DNA of 64,000 nt from Nitrospinota bacterium (GTDB taxonomy: Bacteria > UBA8248): contig JAYGFR010000090.1 in NCBI GenBank assembly GCA_046581755.1, positions 3,067 to 67,066 of the forward strand, read 5' to 3'. Below, one piece after another: positions 58,928 to 64,000 of the stretch. The stretch's first letter is position 1. Each line of letters starts with the position of its first letter. The notes under the pieces are model-generated. The model saw nothing but the letters and a program-made list of their open reading frames with translations. It had not been told where the DNA came from and ran no database searches. Made by a program: the position numbers and the translations under genes.

Positions 58928-58999
58928 GGTTCTTCCTCCGATAATTTCACTGGCTCATGGCCCGGGCGCGCCCGGCGCCCGCGAGGGTTCTTCGACCAT

Positions 59000-59740
59000 C
59001 TAACCGGCTGAGACGAGGGTTCCCACCTTTACCCCCGTCACGACCCGAAGGATATTGCCTTGTTTCCTCAAATTAAAGACGATGATAGGCAGGTCGTTTT
59101 CCATGCACAAGCTGATGGCGGTGCTATCCATCACCGTCAGATGACGGTTCAGAACTTCGATGTAGCTCAATTCGTCGATAAATTCGGCGTTATCGACCTT
59201 GTTCGGATCGGCCGTGAACACCCCATCGACATTGGTCGCCTTCAGAATGCATTCGGCGCCGATTTCCACCGCCCGGAGGCTTGCCGCCGTGTCGGTCGTG
59301 AAATAGGGGTTGCCGGTTCCGGCGGCGAAAATGACCACCCGGCCCTTTTCCAGGTGCCGCACCGCCCGCCTGCGGATATAGGGCTCGCAAAGCTCGGCCA
59401 TGTGTATCGCGCTCTGCACCCGCGTGGGCGCACCGATTTTCTCCAGGGCGTGCTGCAGGGCGAGCGCATTGATGACCGTCGCAAGCATCCCCATATGATC
59501 GCCGGTGGTGCGCTCCATTCCGGCCGCCGCCGCCTCGCCGCCCCGGAAGATGTTCCCGCCCCCGACGACCACCGCGAGCTGAACGCCTTTCTGGTGGACC
59601 TCGGCGACTTCGTGCGCAATTTCGTCCACGACGCCGTGGTCGATGCCCAGGCGCATCGCGCCTCCGAGGGCCTCCCCCGAGATTTTGAGCATAATGCGTT
59701 GGAAACGAAGATCGGTGCCCAAAGACTCCTCCTGTTTCAC
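59000..59740 (-). CDS. pyrH: UMP kinase
   Basis: [13 protein letters not shown]...[10 protein letters not shown]...TNVDGVF. Confidence 0.95.
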   Translation of the reverse strand: MKQEESLGTDLRFQRIMLKISGEALGGAMRLGIDHGVVDEIAHEVAEVHQKGVQLAVVVGGGNIFRGGEAAAAGMERTTGDHMGMLATVINALALQHALEKIGAPTRVQSAIHMAELCEPYIRRRAVRHLEKGRVVIFAAGTGNPYFTTDTAASLRAVEIGAECILKATNVDGVFTADPNKVDNAEFIDELSYIEVLNRHLTVMDSTAISLCMENDLPIIVFNLRKQGNILRVVTGVKVGTLVSAG

Positions 59741-59784
59741 CGGAGCCGAGGAGAAGCCGGGGCGAACGGCGTTCCCGCGAGCGG

Positions 59785-60672
59785 CTACTCCGACTCTTCT
59801 TGCCCGGAGGTTTCTCCCCGCTGGAACCGGGTGAACTGGAACACCTCGATGTCATCCCCCCATTCTTTTGATCGGGATGAGAGCCAGGCCTGAATCTTCT
59901 GATCGGAATCCTTCACGAACGGCTGCTCCATCAAGCACACCTCTTTGAGGTACTTGTTGATCCGGCCGTCCACGATTTTCGCCACGATTTCCTCGGGCTT
60001 TCCAGTATCTTTCGACTGCGCCAAGAGGATGGCCCGCTCGCTTTCGATGATGGCTTGCGGAACGCTGTCGCGCTCCTTGTAGAGCGGGCTGCTCGCAGCG
60101 ATGTGCATGGCGAGATCCTTCGCCGTTTCGGCGAATTCCGCACTGGCCGCCGTGTCCGCCGAGCCGCAGCGCACTTCCACCATGGCGCCGATAGAACCGC
60201 CCGGATGGATATAGGAGCCAATGGCGCCGGCCTGGCCCTCGGGAAGGGTGTAGCGTTCCCCGCGCGAGGCGATGATGTTCTCGCCCAGCTTGGCGATGGC
60301 CGTGGCGACATCTTCCTGGATGGCCTCGCCGCCCGGATTGGGGGGAAGGCTGTCCCCTCCGTTTTCCTCGACGTGGAGGATCACCTTATCCACCAGCCCA
60401 GTGAATACGTCCGTCTTCGCCACAAAATCGGTTTCGCAGTTCACCTCGACGAGAACGGCCGAGCGGCTGTCGGCGGTCACTCGGGAGGAGACCAGCCCGT
60501 CGCTGGCACGGCGCCTGGCCTTCTTGGCCGCGTTCGAAAGCCCCTTCTCGCGAAGAAAGCGCACAGCCCCATCGAGGTCGCCTTCTCTTTCCCGCAGGGC
60601 CTCCTTGCAATCCATGATTCCCGCGCCGGTCATGCCGCGCAGGTCTTTGACCATTTGAGCGGTAACTTCCAT
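59785..60672 (-). CDS. tsf: Elongation factor Ts
   Basis: [22 protein letters not shown]...C-terminal dimerisation domain. Confidence 0.95.
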   Translation of the reverse strand: MEVTAQMVKDLRGMTGAGIMDCKEALREREGDLDGAVRFLREKGLSNAAKKARRRASDGLVSSRVTADSRSAVLVEVNCETDFVAKTDVFTGLVDKVILHVEENGGDSLPPNPGGEAIQEDVATAIAKLGENIIASRGERYTLPEGQAGAIGSYIHPGGSIGAMVEVRCGSADTAASAEFAETAKDLAMHIAASSPLYKERDSVPQAIIESERAILLAQSKDTGKPEEIVAKIVDGRINKYLKEVCLMEQPFVKDSDQKIQAWLSSRSKEWGDDIEVFQFTRFQRGETSGQEESE

Positions 60673-60734
60673 TCTTTCGAAATCTCCCTCAGGTTTATCC
60701 GGTATTCGAAAAATCTGTCCAGCGGGCGATGCGG

Positions 60735-61595
60735 CTAGCTGGCTGTCTTTTCACCAGCTGACTTCGCCTTGGGGGGCTCCGCCGCCGGCGCCGCAACAGC
60801 GGCTTTTTCCGTTTGGGGAGCCGGGGCCTCTTCGTCCTTGGAGGCGGCGGCGAGAATTTCCTGAGCCACCTTGTCGCCACCCTCGATTTGGGCGCCCGCC
60901 TTGCTGTCCTGCCGAAGGGCCACCCCCTCGGAAACCGCCTGGGCGGCCAAGGAAACGAACAGGCGAATGGAGCGGAGGGCGTCATCGTTTCCGGGCAATA
61001 TGTAATCGACTCCGGTGGGATCGGCGTTCGTATCCACCATGGCAACGACAGGAATTTTGAGCTTCACAGCCTCCCGGATGGCGATGTGCTCATGGCCGGC
61101 GTCCACGATGAACATGGCCTTGGGAATGCCCCCCATGTTCTTGATTCCGCCGAGAAACTTATCCAGCTGAAGGCGGTTTTTTTCGCGGCGCACGGCCTCT
61201 TTTTTGGCCAGCAATACAAACGTGCCGTCTTCCTTCATCCCATCCAGCTCGACCAGGCGGGCGATGGAATTCTTGATGGTCGAGAAATTCGTGAGGGTGC
61301 CCCCGAGCCAGCGAATGGTGACATAAGGCATGCCCGCATCCCGGGCCTCTTCGGCCACGATTTCCTGGGCCTGGGGCTTGGTGCCGACAAAGAGGACTTC
61401 GCCACCATTGGCGCCCACCCCTTTCAGGAACTCAAGCGCTTCCTTGAAAAGGCGAAGGGTTTTTTGAAGATCGATGATGTAGACCCCATTCCGGGCCCCG
61501 AAAATATAGGGCTTCATCTTGGGGTTCCAGCGGTTGGTTTGGTGCCCGAAATGAGCGCCGGCTTCGAGCAAGCCTCTGAGGGTGACGGATGCCAA
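60735..61595 (-). CDS. rpsB: 30S ribosomal protein S2
   Basis: LLEAGAHFGHQTNRWNPKM...LFVGTK...with an Ala/Pro/Lys-rich C-terminal tail. Confidence 0.95.
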   Translation of the reverse strand: MASVTLRGLLEAGAHFGHQTNRWNPKMKPYIFGARNGVYIIDLQKTLRLFKEALEFLKGVGANGGEVLFVGTKPQAQEIVAEEARDAGMPYVTIRWLGGTLTNFSTIKNSIARLVELDGMKEDGTFVLLAKKEAVRREKNRLQLDKFLGGIKNMGGIPKAMFIVDAGHEHIAIREAVKLKIPVVAMVDTNADPTGVDYILPGNDDALRSIRLFVSLAAQAVSEGVALRQDSKAGAQIEGGDKVAQEILAAASKDEEAPAPQTEKAAVAAPAAEPPKAKSAGEKTAS

Positions 61596-61787
61596 GGGTG
61601 GTTCCTCCCATGCTCCCGCCTTCAGGCAGACGGGACTTGCGCAGCGACCCGGCGAAAGGGGCTGAATTTAGAGTGAGAATTTGTGGTTGCCCAAAACGCG
61701 CGGACCCGCCAAATGCGGCCGCCGCCGCGCGGCGATGGGAATGTCTCACAAGGAGGTATGCGATTCAACCCCCCGGAAAATTTGCGC

Positions 61788-63008
61788 TTAGGTCCGGTAG
61801 TCGGCGTTGATGCGTACATACTCGGCGCTGAGATCGGTTGTCCAAAACGCCGCTCCGGCGCTGCCGGCCCCAAGGTCGAGCGTTACCGTATATTCAGGTT
61901 TTTCAAGAACTTCTCCCAGAGAGGCGCCCGGTGCCTCCACCGGGGCACCCTCTTTTACTACCTCGATATCGTCAAACCGCAGCGACATCCGGTCCGGATC
62001 GAGATGGGCGCCGCTGTAGCCCCCCGCCGCCAGAATCCGGCCCCAGTTGGGGAGACACCCGTTAATGGCCGTTTTCACCAAAAGACTCTCGGCGATCGAC
62101 CGCGCCGCCCGCCGGGCGTCCTCGCCGCTGGCCGCGCCCTCGACCCGGATCTGGACCACCTTAGTCACCCCCTCGCCGTCACGCACGATGGCCAGCGCCA
62201 GCTCGATGCAAACCCGCTTGAGGCCGGCCTCGAAGCGCCCAAGGGCCTCTTTGCCCTCCACCCGGACGCCCGAGGCCCCGGTTGCCGCCAAGATGACGGT
62301 ATCATTGGTCGAAGTGTCGCCGTCGATCGTGATGCAGTTGAACGACGCATCGGCCGCCGCGCGCAGCATCGGGGCCATGGTGTCCGCCGACAGGGCGGCG
62401 TCGGTGGCGACGTAGGCCAGCATGGTGGCCATGTCGGGGGCGATCATGCCCGCGCCCTTGGACATCCCGCCAATCCGGACAGCCCCCCCGGACAAATCGA
62501 CCGAGACGGCAAACTCCTTGGGCCGGGTGTCGGTCGTCATGATCGCCTCGGCGGCGGGGGTTCCCCCCTCGCTCGAAAGCGAATCGATCAGGCCGCCGAG
62601 CGCTGCTTCCATCGTCTCCACGGGCAGGGGCCCGCCAATCAGGCCGGTCGAGGACATAACCACTTCCTCCTCGGTGCAGCCGAGGCGCCCGGCCACCTCG
62701 CGGCAAAGCCGATAGGCGGCGTCCAGCCCCGCTTTGCCCGTATAGGCGTTGGCGATTCCGCTGTTGACCAGGACGGCCCTGAGCGGCCCCTTGCTCACGC
62801 GCTCCCGGCACAAAACGACCGGCGCGGCGCAAACCAGGTTCCGCGTAAAGACCCCCGCAGCCTTGGCGGGCGGGTCGAATTCGATCAGGGCCATGTCCGG
62901 CCGGCCGGACTCTTTTATTCCTGCCGTCACGGCGGCGGCCCGCACTCCCCCGGCAGCGCAGACGCCGCCGCCGATCTCGGTGATAAAGTTTTCCTCGTTC
63001 ATACCCAA
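61788..63008 (-). CDS. argJ: Bifunctional glutamate N-acetyltransferase / amino-acid acetyltransferase
   Basis: ATML..ATD...MLAYVATDA self-cleavage region, with 406 aa in total. Confidence 0.9.
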   Translation of the reverse strand: MGMNEENFITEIGGGVCAAGGVRAAAVTAGIKESGRPDMALIEFDPPAKAAGVFTRNLVCAAPVVLCRERVSKGPLRAVLVNSGIANAYTGKAGLDAAYRLCREVAGRLGCTEEEVVMSSTGLIGGPLPVETMEAALGGLIDSLSSEGGTPAAEAIMTTDTRPKEFAVSVDLSGGAVRIGGMSKGAGMIAPDMATMLAYVATDAALSADTMAPMLRAAADASFNCITIDGDTSTNDTVILAATGASGVRVEGKEALGRFEAGLKRVCIELALAIVRDGEGVTKVVQIRVEGAASGEDARRAARSIAESLLVKTAINGCLPNWGRILAAGGYSGAHLDPDRMSLRFDDIEVVKEGAPVEAPGASLGEVLEKPEYTVTLDLGAGSAGAAFWTTDLSAEYVRINADYRT

Positions 63009-64000
63009 AACCCCGGATGCGACAGGCCCTGCGTTTCCTCAAGGCCCAAAAGAATGTTCATGTTTTGCACGGCCGCTCCCGAAGCCCCCTTCACGAGGTT
63101 GTCGATGACCGTGACGATGACGAACCGCCCGGTCCGCCCGTCGAGGGTGAGTCCGATGTCGAGGAAATTGCTCCCCGCCACCTGGCTCACGTTGGGAAAT
63201 CCGCCCTCGGGCATGAGGCGGATAAACGGCTCCTCTCCGTAGGCCTTCCCGAGAGCCTCCCGGGCTCCGGCCTCCGTGACCCCCTCGCGAGCCCGCGCAT
63301 AGATGGTGGACAAAATCCCCCGCGTCATCGGAACCAGATGAGGCGTGAAGGAAACCCGCACCTCGATCCCGGCGGCGACGGATAGCTCTTGTTCGATCTC
63401 GGGCGTATGCCGGTGAGAGGCGATTCCGTAGGCCTTGAAACCCTCGTTGACCTCGCTGAACTGAAGGGCGAGTTCGGCCTTGCGCCCCGCGCCGGAGACC
63501 CCGGATTTTGCGTCGATGATGATGGAGGCGGGGTCGATCAGGTTCGAGCGGAGGAGTGGCGCGAGCGCCACGATCGCTCCGGTGGGGTAGCAGCCCGGAT
63601 TGGCGACCAGCCTCGCCGCCCGGATCTCGTTCCGGTAAAGCTCGGGGATTCCATAGGCGGCCCCGGAGATCCGCTCGGGGCAGATATGCTCGGTCTCGTA
63701 CCATTTCTCGTAGACCGATGCGTCCCGGAGTCGGAAGTCGGCCGACAAATCCACCACCCGGAAACCCTGGTCCAAAAGGCCCGGAACCGTGTTCATGGCG
63801 GTGCGGTGGGGCAGGCAGCAGAAAACGACATCGGCTCCTTCGCAGACGGCGCGGCCGAATTTCTCCAGCCTACGGGAGACCACTTTCGAGAGCGCGGGAA
63901 ACACCTCTCCCACATCTTTTCCGGTATAGGTTTCCGAGGTCAGGGCCCCGATTTCGACGCCGCCGTGCGAGGCCAGCAGCCGCAACAATTCGAAACCGGT
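62999..64000 (-). CDS. argC: N-acetyl-gamma-glutamyl-phosphate reductase (5' end beyond window)
   Basis: ...GFELLRLLASHGGVEIGALTSE...ANPGCYPTGAIVALAPLL (catalytic Cys). The frame continues to the window edge. Confidence 0.9.
   Translation of the reverse strand, partial: TGFELLRLLASHGGVEIGALTSETYTGKDVGEVFPALSKVVSRRLEKFGRAVCEGADVVFCCLPHRTAMNTVPGLLDQGFRVVDLSADFRLRDASVYEKWYETEHICPERISGAAYGIPELYRNEIRAARLVANPGCYPTGAIVALAPLLRSNLIDPASIIIDAKSGVSGAGRKAELALQFSEVNEGFKAYGIASHRHTPEIEQELSVAAGIEVRVSFTPHLVPMTRGILSTIYARAREGVTEAGAREALGKAYGEEPFIRLMPEGGFPNVSQVAGSNFLDIGLTLDGRTGRFVIVTVIDNLVKGASGAAVQNMNILLGLEETQGLSHPGFWV

Noticed and set aside
1-64000. CRISPR arrays, transposases, integrases, phage genes
   Set aside because: No regularly spaced direct repeats and no ORFs with transposase or integrase motifs. 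The only repeats are the rsmB tandem duplication and the 53.2-kb inverted-repeat/direct-repeat element.

Overview
This 64 kb window is high-GC (roughly 60-65% by eye), densely coding core chromosome from a Gram-negative bacterium. Gram-negative assignment rests on TolC, a GT9 heptosyltransferase and PgpA. I see no transposase, integrase, phage genes or CRISPR array, and the ~70 genes I can support are mostly housekeeping.

Main blocks, left to right:
- 1-7.6 kb: partial Rrf2 regulator, GT9 heptosyltransferase, REC-Hpt phosphorelay protein, trmJ, queA, HU/IHF-like protein, aminotransferase, rpoZ.
- 7.7-17.3 kb, all on the minus strand: DUF1844, then a heat-shock supercluster clpB-dnaK-(cbpA-like J protein)-hspR-htpX-grpE-dnaJ.
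- 17.7-24 kb: Rrf2/IscR-like regulator, A-type Fe-S carrier, B12-domain radical SAM protein, MFS transporter, BI-1 protein, M16 peptidase.
- 24-30.4 kb: two small hypothetical genes, tRNA-Leu(CAG), glutaredoxin-like protein, LysE, ribF, tolC, ruvX, mltG.
- 30.5-36.7 kb: acidic pseudo-receiver protein, valS, birA, coaX.
- 36.7-40 kb: ExeA/GspA-like AAA ATPase, HD-GYP phosphodiesterase, signal-peptide protein.
- 40-50.7 kb: yraN, rnhB, alpha/beta hydrolase, then rplS-SPOUT methyltransferase-trmD-rimM-rpsP-ffh, rpe, PASTA protein, rsmB-fmt-def.
- 50.7-64 kb: recX, recA, a repeat element and membrane protein, thpR-cinA-pgpA, dxr-cdsA-uppS-frr-pyrH-tsf-rpsB, argJ, argC (partial).

Most interesting observations:
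1. The ExeA-like ATPase has its conserved N-terminal motif encoded upstream of the first ATG, starting at a GTG and interrupted by an in-frame TAG at codon 6.
2. That ATPase is tightly linked to an HD-GYP phosphodiesterase and a secreted protein, a possible c-di-GMP module.
3. A 671-aa protein has a receiver domain with the phospho-acceptor Asp replaced by Ser, a ~480-aa hyper-acidic disordered region and a conserved C-terminal helix.
4. A ~111-bp tandem duplication encodes a basic Lys/Arg/Pro-rich N-terminal extension on RsmB.
5. A 12-bp perfect inverted repeat with flanking 14-bp direct repeats sits between thpR and recA, upstream of a membrane protein gene.
6. The recA leader is long (~340 nt), with a near-palindrome over its -10 and a terminator-like hairpin plus T7 on the opposite strand.
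7. Seven heat-shock genes form one co-oriented block with hspR embedded, and I find no canonical HAIR or CIRCE operator.

Coordinates that I derived by counting within the printed sequence may be off by a few nt (up to ~10 nt in places).
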